Origin: Octopus sinensis
Taxonomy: Eukaryota
Length of the DNA stretch: 64,000 bases
Direction: 5' to 3'
NCBI RefSeq assembly: GCF_006345805.1
Contig: NC_043005.1
Coordinates: forward strand, 34,348,001 to 34,412,000
In this document: positions 54,470 through 64,000 of the stretch, one piece after another
Numbering within the stretch: position 1 is the stretch's first letter
Layout of the letters: the number at the start of each line of letters is the position of its first letter
Position numbers and translations under genes: made by a program
Notes under the pieces: generated by a model
The model's input: the letters and a program-made list of their open reading frames with translations, nothing else
What the model was told of the DNA's origin: nothing
Database searches by the model: none

Positions 54470-55216
54470 TATATATATGGTGAAAATAAATATGGTGAGA
54501 AAAGGGTTAAGAGAACAGTAGCTCTGAATATGGTCTGGTTCAACTGTGACTACTCTTCCAATCCGTGCCTTTGAAAGTGGATGTAAAATGATAACGATGA
54601 CAACAACAATGATGATGATGATGATGATGTAATTTTATTTTAACTATGCAGAAATTTTGCATGTAACATTTACATTTTAAAGAAATATTATTATTACTGC
54701 TCTTACCTCATATATACTCTCTGACCAACCAATCAATAAAATAACAAACTGTGGTCTATATATTAAAATTTCTAATCAATAAAGATGTTAAAAATAATTG
54801 TGGTGAAACACCCAAGCACACCACTTATTGTTGATATGGGAATCATTAAAAATAGTAATAAAAGAGTTGCACCAGACTTTAATTGTTTTTCAAAAATTGC
54901 TGGCAAGATTAAGAAAACCAAAGAGAGAAAAAAAAATGAAGTTTTATTCATTATACAGCAATGATATATTTGATAAATACTGTTTTTTGTATAAAAATAT
55001 CTCCATTGACTAATGATTTACAGAACTAAAACTTAAAATAGTTAATGCTGCAAACTATTTTGAATGGCCCTAATACTTATGTTTTACCTTGTATTTTTGT
55101 GCAAGACAACATTCTATTGATAGGCTCATACAGTTTAGCTCTTCCTTTATAAGACATATGGAAGTGGTATTGAAGTGCATATTACCAAAGCAGATAGAAT
55201 CTTTAGAAGGCTATAT

Positions 55217-56200
55217 ACAGTACTGTGCAAGATTCTTCAGGCACTTTAAACTATTGTAAATTTCTACTAAATACCAACATGTAAGTGGATGTTTTGCATT
55301 GCATTTTTTACAGATGAAACATTGGCTCTGTTGGAGTCATTTCCATACCTAATCATTATATTTTGTAGTAGAAGTTCTGAATAAGAGGGGATGATGCAGG
55401 ACAGAAACAAATGCACCTCACATAAACAAATCAAGATACAGTGTTTTAAAGTGTTTTAAAGCAGAAAAATGTTTATAATGGAAATTTATCACATAAATTC
55501 AGTTGCAGAAGGACAATTTGATATCAGACTTAGATGAAGGTGAGATTTTTCAGCATGATGGAGCTCCATGTCACAGATCACATGCAACACAACAGAATCT
55601 GGCTGACGAAGGTGTAACTGCATTGAAAGATTTGCCAGCTCAGAGCCCTGACTTGAATATCATTGAGAAAATGTGGACAGAACTAAAGAGGAGTTCGTCA
55701 GAAGAATCCACACAATTTTGAAGAGTTGTAGAAGCTTGGGTACAGACAAGAAGTTAGTGTACATTGTTAATACTTCATGTGGCTTCCTTTAGCTTGAATA
55801 ATTGCTTCATTGCACCTGGGAAGAGATGCATACAAATCCTTCACCAATTTCACAGGTATGAGATGCCGTTGTCTGTAGCCGAGCTTCCAAAACTCTTCAA
55901 GATTGTGCAGATTCTTCTGACAAACTCTTCTCTTTAGTTCTGTCTACATTTGTTTGGTGATATTCAAGTCAGGGCTCTAAACTGGCCAGTCTTTCAATAT
56001 GGTAACACCTTCATCAGCCAGACTGTTGTGTTGCATGCGATCTGTGGCATGGATCTCTGTCATGCTGAAAAATCTCACCTTTTGTACAGTAACTTCTTGA
56101 AATGAACATTGTGTAATAAATTTTCATTATAGACGTTTTTCTCTTTTAAAATACTGTATCTTGATGTGTTTATGTGAGGTGGTAGAAACTTTTGCACAGC
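55217..56200. mobile_element. Palindromic Tc1-type derivative with DD35E catalytic segment in both arms
   Basis: Ends cagtactgtgcaag / cttttgcacag; arms ~55414-55750 and ~55870-56180 inverted; QHD-x35-E (SPDLNIIE); minus arm continues to AIIQAKGSHMKY*. Confidence 0.8.
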
Positions 56201-56879
56201 TATTTTTTGTGGTCGTCTCACATTTTCCCCTCTCATTCAGAACCCCTACTACAAAATATAATGATTAGGTATGAAAATGACTCCAACAGGGCCAATGTTT
56301 CAATTAGTAGAAATTTACAATAGTTTAAAGTAGCCAAAGACTTTTGCATGGTACTGCACTTACAATCAGAACAATAACATTTCTACTGAATTCAAATCTA
56401 AGTTTGAACTCATTGAACATACCCCTCCTATAGAGAACTTCCAAAAATTGTTTTCTATGAAATGTTATATGACAGAGTGCAACAGATCTGTGATGAGTGA
56501 AGTGGAATGTATTGTTGAATATGTTGGATTTGTCATGTTAGCATCTGAGTGATACTGAACTTAAAGGAATTCGAAAAGTAAATGAGCAACAGAAGTGAGG
56601 TTGAGAACTAGCAGCTGTAGTTTTGACATATCAGTGAAATAGAATATATATAAGCTGCAGGAAAAGTGATGGACATTGACGGTGTGAGGGTCTCATGAAA
56701 AAGACAGATTTCAGTAAATTTAGGAAGTACATAAAATAGATATGGAAAACATTATTATGGAATAACAGATGTAAAATTAAAATTTATGAAAACATGCTTG
56801 AATCCTCCTGATTCCATCAGTGTGGGAATAATAAAGAGATTTTAAAAAATTGATTTTATATATATGCGTAAATATTTCA

Positions 56880-57600
56880 TCATTACCATTTAACATCTGT
56901 TTTCCATGCTGCATGGGCTGGACAGTTTGACGGGAGCCGGCAAGCTGGAGAGCTGCACCAGGCTCCAATTTCTACACATGAATGCCCTTCCTAATGCCAA
57001 CCGCTTAGAGTGTACTGGGTGCTTTTTATGTGGCACCATCACAAATGCTTGTTATATGACACCAGCGTAGATGCTTTTTATGTGGCACCAGCACAGGTGC
57101 TTTTTATGTGGCACCAGCACCTGTGGGGTCACCAAGTAGCTTGCAAGACAAAGACTTCTCAGCTGAGGGAAGGAGTGACTGTGTAGCAGGCAAAAGATTT
57201 GAGTGTGACAATGGATGAGAGATAGTTGTCTTACTAATGTGAGATACTTGGCTATCTCAGTTGGATTAGAAAAGCAGGGAAGGTTGGAAAGATTTGGAGA
57301 GAAAGATAGAGACTGAAGACCTATCCACAGGGAACAGTGAGGGGGAATGTATGTTGTAGGATGGAGGGGAGGAGGATGTTCCATAAGAGTGTGAGAAAAG
57401 ATGTTTAGAGATAGCAAGTGATGGTGAGAGGAATTGAAATAGCTGGGAAGTGGGGTATTGTAGATATGTAAGGGCATGGAGAGTGTGCAATAGGCATATG
57501 AGGGAGAGTGGAGGGGCTTGCAGCAGGTGGTGGAGTGACAGGAAGATAGGTTGTGAGAGAGTATATGTATGGGGGGCAGGGGGATGACCATAAGTGACAT
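56880..57600 (-). mobile_element. RTE-tail element with 25-bp motif repeats and a long pyrimidine-rich leader
   Basis: Tail core at 56880-57030; gtgctttttatgtggcacc x3-4; gtcttgcaagctacttggtga junction shared with 24040-24060. Confidence 0.6.
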
Positions 57601-57619
57601 GCCTGTATGTATGGATGGC

Positions 57620-58295
57620 CACAATTTTACTTACCTTGATGTATCTTCTCAAGTGCAGCGTATTGCCAGAAGTCTCAGTTCCTTGTCATCTCCACTGTAC
57701 ATCATTTCTTACCACTTTGTTCCACATGTATCTTCTCAAGTGCAGCAAATTGCCAGAAGTCTCAGTTCCTTGTCATCTCCTCTGAAGATCATTTCTCACC
57801 ACTTTGTCCCACATTTTCCTTGGGCTGTCCCTTCCATAGGTTCTCTCCAAAATTAGAGATTGGCATATCTTTATGTAACTGTCCTCATCCATATGCATCA
57901 CATGACCATACTAGTGCAGTCTTCTCTTTTGCATATTATATTTGATGCCTTTTATACCCAATATTTCTCTTATATCATTTACACTCTGACATTACCCATT
58001 CAGTGGAACATGCTGGTTTCATTTCTTTCAAACCTTCACTTGTTCTCTGTAGTCACAGCTGTGTTTCACTGCCATGTAGCATAGTTGTTCATATACAGAC
58101 ATCATACAATCTGCCTTTCACTCTGAGGGAGAGGCCCTTTGTTACCAACAAAGATAGTAGTTCTCTGAACTTTGCCTGGCCCATTCTTATTCTAGCAGCT
58201 ATACTTTCACTGCTAACTTGGGTGTCTAGGTAACGGAAGCTATTTACCTCCACTGCCAACTTGGTCACCCAGGTAATGGAAACTATCTACTTCTA
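57620..58295 (-). pseudogene. Degraded RTE C-terminal fragment
   Basis: Minus strand parallels FRYLGDQV..ARIRI..AKFREL..LVTKGLSLRVKGRLYD..MLHGSETWAVT of the 60618 ORF. Confidence 0.85.
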
Positions 58296-59299
58296 AGAAT
58301 ACCCCCAGACATTTGAGAAAATCTATTTCATGTACATTCTTAGTGTTTATTGTGCCTACCACCAACAAATTTTCTACATACCAAGCAGAGCCATCTCCCT
58401 AAAGAGATTAGTGATTTGTCTGTTTTCCTACTTACTAGGATAGCAATTTGCATATTCTTGTTTGAATCTGTTGGAATGTATTAAGAATAAATGTATTTCT
58501 CTTTGTTTTGATTCTCACTTTCTGTATGCACATGGTAATTTATTAGAGTTAAATGTTTCCTCTTAAAATAATTATTCAAGTGGAAACATCACTTGACTTA
58601 GATTAACAAACTGAAGATTCTTGAGAATATGGGATGCAAATCAACTGAGAAAGTGACTGGAGTTGAAAGGCTTTAAGAAATATGTGCTGAAAATTCAGCT
58701 GTATTAATATAGAGAATATGTAATGCAAATGACATTAGCTAAATATGGGTATGTGCTGATTTTGGAAAGTAGTTTCAGAAAGATGAAGGAAAACATGGAT
58801 ACTGGCCCTCACAAGCCTAATGAAATGGTAATATATCATATTAAAAACATAGTCAACATATACTGGCAGAGAAAACACAATGGTGATAAATTTTAATATC
58901 AGATTTTGTGAAGGCTAGGCTGAATGTTAAACTTATTATCATAAACTTATGTTTATAACATTTTTGAATCTAAAGTTGAATTAGCTCATTTCAAAATTTT
59001 TAGATATTGGCAGGTTTAAAATTTTTTTGTGTGTTGAATGATAGGCCATAAAATTCCCTGCATGTAGTACTTTAAGAAGAATTTCTGATAGATATGGTAG
59101 CTCATTGTGACATTAGTTCTTTGATAGTGAAAGCAAGTATTTAAAGGATATCTGTTGTATATAAATACAATTAATATTTTAGTTTTCTTTTACTGATTAT
59201 TGCATATTAAAAATTTTTGCAAAGTAAACAATTCTTCAACTGGCATGTTTTGAATTTGCCAATAATAAAAATAATAATTTTTTATATAAATATGTGGAC

Positions 59300-59460
59300 A
59301 AATGTATGGATGTGTGGTTATGAAGTTTGTTTTGCAACCACATGGTTTTGGATTCATTCCACTGCAGAGGACATTGGTATACACCACCTGTCATAGTTTA
59401 GATTGACCGAATCATATGAGTGAAATCTGGTAGATGGAACTGTGTAGAATAGAATGGTGT
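59300..59460 (+). mobile_element. CORE-like SINE head
   Basis: gtgtggttatgaagtttgttttgcaaccacatggttttggattcattcc...gagtgaaatctggtagatggaac. Confidence 0.6.
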
Positions 59461-59491
59461 GTGTGTGTGTGTGTGTGTGTGCATGCATGTG

Positions 59492-59522
<31 letters not shown>

Positions 59523-60087
59523 AGGAGATGGCAAAATCAGTAGAATGTCAAGCAGATATACTTTCTGTTATTTAGTTACGGCCTCAGTATTCCTGTTGAA
59601 TAATAATTCCATTTTTCCTTTCGTCTTCTCAAGGACCATAAAATAAGTATCAAAATACTTGGTCAATATAATTGATCCAAAGTTTTGAAGGTGATGCCCC
59701 AGCATGGCCACAATTCAGTGGCTGAATCTAGTAAGTTTGGGTTTAAAGTTGGAGGAGAGAAAATTTAAAGTTTTAATTCATAGACAGTATGATACCAGCT
59801 TTAGAACCATAACACATAGTAGGTGAGTTTGGTATTTCGATAATTTCTTTTGATTGGATACAAAAGTAATTTTGTAGAGAAAGCAATATATTTCATCGAA
59901 ACAAGAGAAACGAAATTGAAACCATAAGTAATCCAATTAAGCTTCTAACTTTATTCTTACTGTTCTCATGGATTAACTTAGCCTCTCTGAAATTGGAAAA
60001 CACAAGACATATTTGCATGCTAAAACCTTGTATTCACTCAATGAAACTTAGCTCTGTATATTTGTGGTTGGGATGTTGAAAATATAA

Positions 60088-60277
60088 CCCTTGAGCATTT
60101 AAACCATCCATATCTGGCGAATATGTCCTACTTGTTTTATGCTCAGACTGACCAGATCCAACTTCTCGCATCTACACTACAATATAACTCTAAAATTATA
60201 CAATCAGATTATCAGTCTCAAAGCTATGAGATAATGTGTGATTAATTCAAAACAATGTGAATCTGAATGCTAAAGTG
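60088..60277. mobile_element. piggyBac-type MITE, 190 bp
   Basis: ataa|cccttgagcatt ... aatgctaaagtg|ttaa; (T)TAA flanks and CCC-starting TIR. Confidence 0.6.
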
Positions 60278-60617
60278 TTAAAATGGTTTAATAGTTTCTT
60301 ATTGCTATATCTCACTCTAAACTAACATTAAACATGTTACTAAGCTCACATTGTGTAAAATTTATACTTTAATATGGAACACAAGAAAATTTTAAACTGT
60401 TTTACTTCAGTTTACTTTTGTACACTCAAAATATTTTGGCTTTACAAAATGTACAAGTTATAGAAGTTGATTCTTCAATTTCAAAATCCATTTTATATCC
60501 ATTGAATTTTACCTTTTTTGATTATAGAATAGCGGAACATACTGTCAGTTTTTGTATATAATATTTAATATATACTAATTTGCCAATGTTCTGCACCGTG
60601 AGGACCAAAGACTGGAG

Positions 60618-62483
60618 GTGTTTCGCGTTGCAAGACAGTGTGTGAGAGAGAATTGTGATGTGGTGGGAGAGAAGTGTGTTCGCATGGAAGATGGTTCACT
60701 TGCGCTAAACGAGGATGCAAAGAGAGAGGCTTGGAGATGCCACTATGAAAGGTTGCTGAATAAAGAAAATGAATGGGATAAAGAGAGTCTGCCGAACGTT
60801 GACCCAACAGAGGGACCAGCTATCAGGGTTGATAGTTCCTTAGTAGCTAAGGCAATTAGAAGCATGAAGACAGGGAAAGCTCCAGGCCCATCAGGTATCA
60901 CTGCAGAGATGCTCAAAATATCTGGTAGTGTCGGCTATAGCCTAGTCACCTGTATAGTTAATCAGGTGATACATGAAGGAGTCATACCCAATGACTGGTG
61001 TAGCAGCATAATAGTCAACTGCTACATAGGTAAAGGTGATGCCCTAGATACAAATAATTACAGAGGTATCAAGCTGTTGGATCAGGTGATGAAGGTTACA
61101 GAGAGGGTCATAAGCCAACTAATTAGAGAGAGAGTTAGTTTAGATGAGATGCAGTTTGGTTTTGTGCCAGGGAAAAGTACCACTGATGCTATATTCCTGG
61201 TAAGGCAGCTGCAGGAGAAATACCTAGCCAAAGATAAGGCCCTGTACCTGGCTTTTGTTGACATGGAGAAAGCCTTCGACAGGGTCCCCCGATCCCTCAT
61301 ATGGTGGTCAATGAGGAAACTAGGAATAGAAGAATGGTTAGTGAGAGCTGTGCAAGCCATGTACAGGGACGCTGCTAGTAAGGTGAGGGTTGGAAATGAG
61401 TACAGTGAAGAATTCCGGGTAGAGGTAGGGGTCCACCAAGGCTCAGTCCTCAGCCCCCTCCTATTTATCATAGTCCTCCAGGCAATAACGGAGGAATTCA
61501 AGACAGGATGCCCTTGGGAGCTCCTCTATGCTGATGACCTTGCTCTAATTGCTGAGTCATTATCAGAACTGGAGAAGAAGTTTCAGGTGTGGAAGCATGG
61601 TTTAGAATCGAAGGGCCTTAGAGTCAACCTAGCTAAAACCAAAGTCGTAATAAGTAGGAAGGTAGACAAATCACAAACGCCTTCAGGTAGATGGCCCTGC
61701 TCGATCTGTAGAAAAGGTGTAGGTAGAAACTCTATAAGATGCACCAAGTGTAAGCTATGGACACATAAGAGGTGCAGCAATGTCATAGGAAGGCTAACTA
61801 GGAAGATGGTTTTTGTATGTGGCAGATGCTCGGGAGCATTAACCTCTGAAAATCTGCAGAAAACAACTTCCGTCACTTTCCAGGGGGAAAAACTAGAAGT
61901 GGTTGATAGCTTCCGTTATCTTGGTGACCAAGTCAGTAGTGGGGGTGGGTGTGCTGAAAGTGTAACGGCTAGAGTAAGAATAGCCTGGGCAAAGTTTAGG
62001 GAGCTCTTACCTCTGTTGGTGACTAAAGGCCTCTCGCTCAGAGTAAAAGGCAGACTGTATGATGCATGTGTACGAACAGCCATGCTACATGGCAGTGAAA
62101 CATGGGCCGTGACTGCTGAGGACATGCGTAAGCTCGCGAGAAATGAAGCTAGTATGCTCCGTTGGATGTGTAATGTCAGTGTTCATAGTCGACAGAGTGT
62201 AAGTACCTTGAGAGAAAAGTTGGACCTAAGAGGAATCAGATGTTGTGTGCAAGAGAGACGATTGCGCTGGTATGGTCATGTGGTGAGAATGGATGAAGAT
62301 AGGTGTGTGAAAAAGTGCCACACCCTGGCAGTTGAGGGGACCTGTGGAAGAGGTAGACCCAGGAAAACCTGGGTCGAGGTGGTGAAGCACGACCTTCGAA
62401 CTCTAGGTCTCACCAAGGAAATGACCAGAGACCGAGACCTATGGAAGTATGCTGTGCGTGAGAAGACCCGGCAAGACCAGTGA
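60618..62483 (+). CDS. RTE reverse transcriptase (partial ORF) with inserted C4HC3 PHD-type finger
   Basis: QFGFVPGKSTTDAIF, FVDMEKAFDRV, GVHQGSVLSPLLF, YADD; C-x2-C-x10-C-x2-C-x4-H-x2-C-x14-C-x2-C at 61698-61829. The GTG start is an ORF-finder artefact of truncation. Confidence 0.95.
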   Translation: MFRVARQCVRENCDVVGEKCVRMEDGSLALNEDAKREAWRCHYERLLNKENEWDKESLPNVDPTEGPAIRVDSSLVAKAIRSMKTGKAPGPSGITAEMLKISGSVGYSLVTCIVNQVIHEGVIPNDWCSSIIVNCYIGKGDALDTNNYRGIKLLDQVMKVTERVISQLIRERVSLDEMQFGFVPGKSTTDAIFLVRQLQEKYLAKDKALYLAFVDMEKAFDRVPRSLIWWSMRKLGIEEWLVRAVQAMYRDAASKVRVGNEYSEEFRVEVGVHQGSVLSPLLFIIVLQAITEEFKTGCPWELLYADDLALIAESLSELEKKFQVWKHGLESKGLRVNLAKTKVVISRKVDKSQTPSGRWPCSICRKGVGRNSIRCTKCKLWTHKRCSNVIGRLTRKMVFVCGRCSGALTSENLQKTTSVTFQGEKLEVVDSFRYLGDQVSSGGGCAESVTARVRIAWAKFRELLPLLVTKGLSLRVKGRLYDACVRTAMLHGSETWAVTAEDMRKLARNEASMLRWMCNVSVHSRQSVSTLREKLDLRGIRCCVQERRLRWYGHVVRMDEDRCVKKCHTLAVEGTCGRGRPRKTWVEVVKHDLRTLGLTKEMTRDRDLWKYAVREKTRQDQ

Positions 62484-62539
62484 GAACAATCAAAATCAAA
62501 TCATATATCAGAAAGCAGGGGTTAAGTGACCCATCTGTT

Positions 62540-63203
62540 CGTGTCCACTGTCAGCCTCGTCTGGCACCCGTGCCGGTGATACGTAAAAGCACCATTCGCT
62601 CATGGCCGTTTGCCAGCTCTGCCTGGCCCCGTGTCGGTGGAACGTAAAAGCACCATCCGTTCGTGTTCGTTGCCAGCCTCGCCTGGCCCCGTGCCGGTGA
62701 CACGTAAAAGCACCGTCCGTTCGTGGCCGTTGGCCAGCTCTGTCTGGCCCCGTGTCAGTGGCACGTAAAAGCACCATCCGTTCGTGGCCGTTTGCCAGCT
62801 CTGTCTGGCCCCGTGTCGGTGGCACGTAAAAGCACCATCTGTCCGTGTCCGTTGCCAGCCTCGGCTGGCCCCCGTGCCGGTGACACGTAAAAGCACCGTC
62901 CGCTCGTGGCTGTTTGCCAGCTCTGTCTGGCAACCGTGTCGGTGGCACGTAAAAGCACCATCCGTTCGCGTCCGTTGCCAGCCTCGGCTGGCCCCCGTGC
63001 TGGTGACACGTAAAAGCACCGTCCGTTCGTGGCCGGTTGCCAGCTCTGTCTGGCCCCGTGTCGGTGGCACGTAAAAGCACCATCCGTTCGTGTCCGTTGC
63101 CAGCATCGCCTGGCCCCGTGCCGGTGACACGTAAAAGCACCATCCGTTCATGGCCGTTCGCCAGCTCTGTCTGGCACCTGTGCAGGTGGCACATAAAAAA
63201 CAC
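62540..63203 (+). repeat. ~61-bp tandem array, 11 units, alternating A/B types, in the RTE 3' UTR
   Basis: cgtaaaagcacc recurs 10 times, with a final cataaaaaacacc. Confidence 0.95.
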
Positions 63204-63374
63204 CCACTACACTCGCGGAGTGGTTGGCGTTAGGAAGGGCATCCAGCCATAGAAACACTGCCAGATCTGACTGGGCCTGACGAAGCCTTCCAGCTTCACA
63301 GACCCCAGTTGACCCGTCCAACTCATGCTAGCATGGAAAACGGACGCTAAACGATGATGATGATGATGATGACT

Positions 63375-64000
63375 AGAAGTTATAGTGGAAGTGAGTTGAT
63401 GTGCACTGTGTACCAGTAGTAAGTAGGGAGCTTCAGCCAGATTCCTCACAAACAAGGAACAAATTCTGGGTAGGCAACACTGCTGAAGTTTGTGAAGCAG
63501 GCAGATTGTTAACCAAGAACTGGATAGACAAAGTAATTGAAATAGTCAGAATATAATGACAGAATAAATAAGGTTAGATTAATCATAGACATCACCACAG
63601 CAAAAATGATCTCTGCTTATGCAGCATAATTTGGATTGATTGATGAACAAAAAGATTATTTTTATAAGGGTCTTTTGCAGACTATAGATAGCAGTGACCT
63701 TGTTATTTTGGCTGATGACTTTAATACATTAAGATGACTATTCTGATGTGCAAGAAAGCTAAGGTTATGAATGGAATGAAGAAGAATAAATTGACTTAAC
63801 TGTTTGCAACATTAACTTTAGGAAACTGGCAGCTACATGTTTACCTACCATACAGGCAGTGGTACAGACTTTGTACTCAATGGGAAATAGGCTAGATAGA
63901 TGGTTGGTGAATACTAAGACTTTCTCCAGTGAAGAATGTACCACTCAGCATAGACTAGAGATTAGTGACATCAGGGTAAGAAATCAATGGACCAAGAGAC
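63375..64000 (+). pseudogene. Old RTE APE endonuclease remnant
   Basis: Broken-frame GASARFLT, WIDKVIEIVR, ISAYA, ILADDFN, TF.SEEC.TQHRL motifs. Confidence 0.75.

Larger units (their letters stand above)
60579..63372 (+). mobile_element. Young 5'-truncated RTE-clade LINE (no endonuclease) with long 3' UTR and (GAT)n tail
   Basis: Frame open from FANVLHREDQ (60579) to stop at 62483; UTR with 61-bp array; (gat)n tail; no convincing TSD found. Confidence 0.95.

Noticed and set aside
57266-57652. Penelope GIY-YIG C-terminus (LICLLHTLHAL resembling LxTLxPxGLN)
   Set aside because: Similarity too short and low-complexity to support without a profile search.
61082-62125. Antisense ORFs within the RTE
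   Set aside because: Shadow frames of the RT coding strand.
62540-63203. CRISPR-like array
   Set aside because: Units are contiguous with no unique spacers; eukaryotic LINE UTR; no cas genes.
62508-63252. ORFs of 84-231 aa over the array
   Set aside because: By-products of a GC-rich tandem repeat.
50029-64000. Next ORP exon (expected to begin R-Y/F-F)
   Set aside because: No acceptor followed by a matching frame was found; it probably lies beyond the window.

Overview
Eukaryotic, AT-rich, repeat-dense DNA. The SINE/LINE families and long (TA)n arrays point to an octopus or other coleoid cephalopod (inferred from family recognition, not from a search). Only one host coding exon is visible: a 237-bp phase 0-0 exon (49792-50028, +) encoding the start of the PH domain of an OSBP-related protein of the ORP3/6/7 subfamily. 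The rest appears intronic or intergenic. It contains a young 5'-truncated RTE LINE with an open RT frame and an inserted PHD-type finger, many RTE 3'-tail copies, tRNA-derived SINEs, five Tc1/mariner remnants (DD34D x2, DD37D x2, DD35E), hAT-, MULE- and piggyBac-type MITEs, and microsatellites. Most notable: (i) two unrelated type I hammerhead-ribozyme motifs, one in a ~350-bp unit between (TA)n arrays and one fused to a tRNA-type Pol III head, suggesting Penelope-linked retrozyme/SINE-like families; (ii) a 1.8-kb fold-back palindrome just upstream of the exon, one of four inverted duplications within 12 kb; (iii) an alternating A/B 61-bp array in the RTE 3' UTR whose two unit types are cross-complementary. 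SINE and degraded-TE boundaries are approximate.
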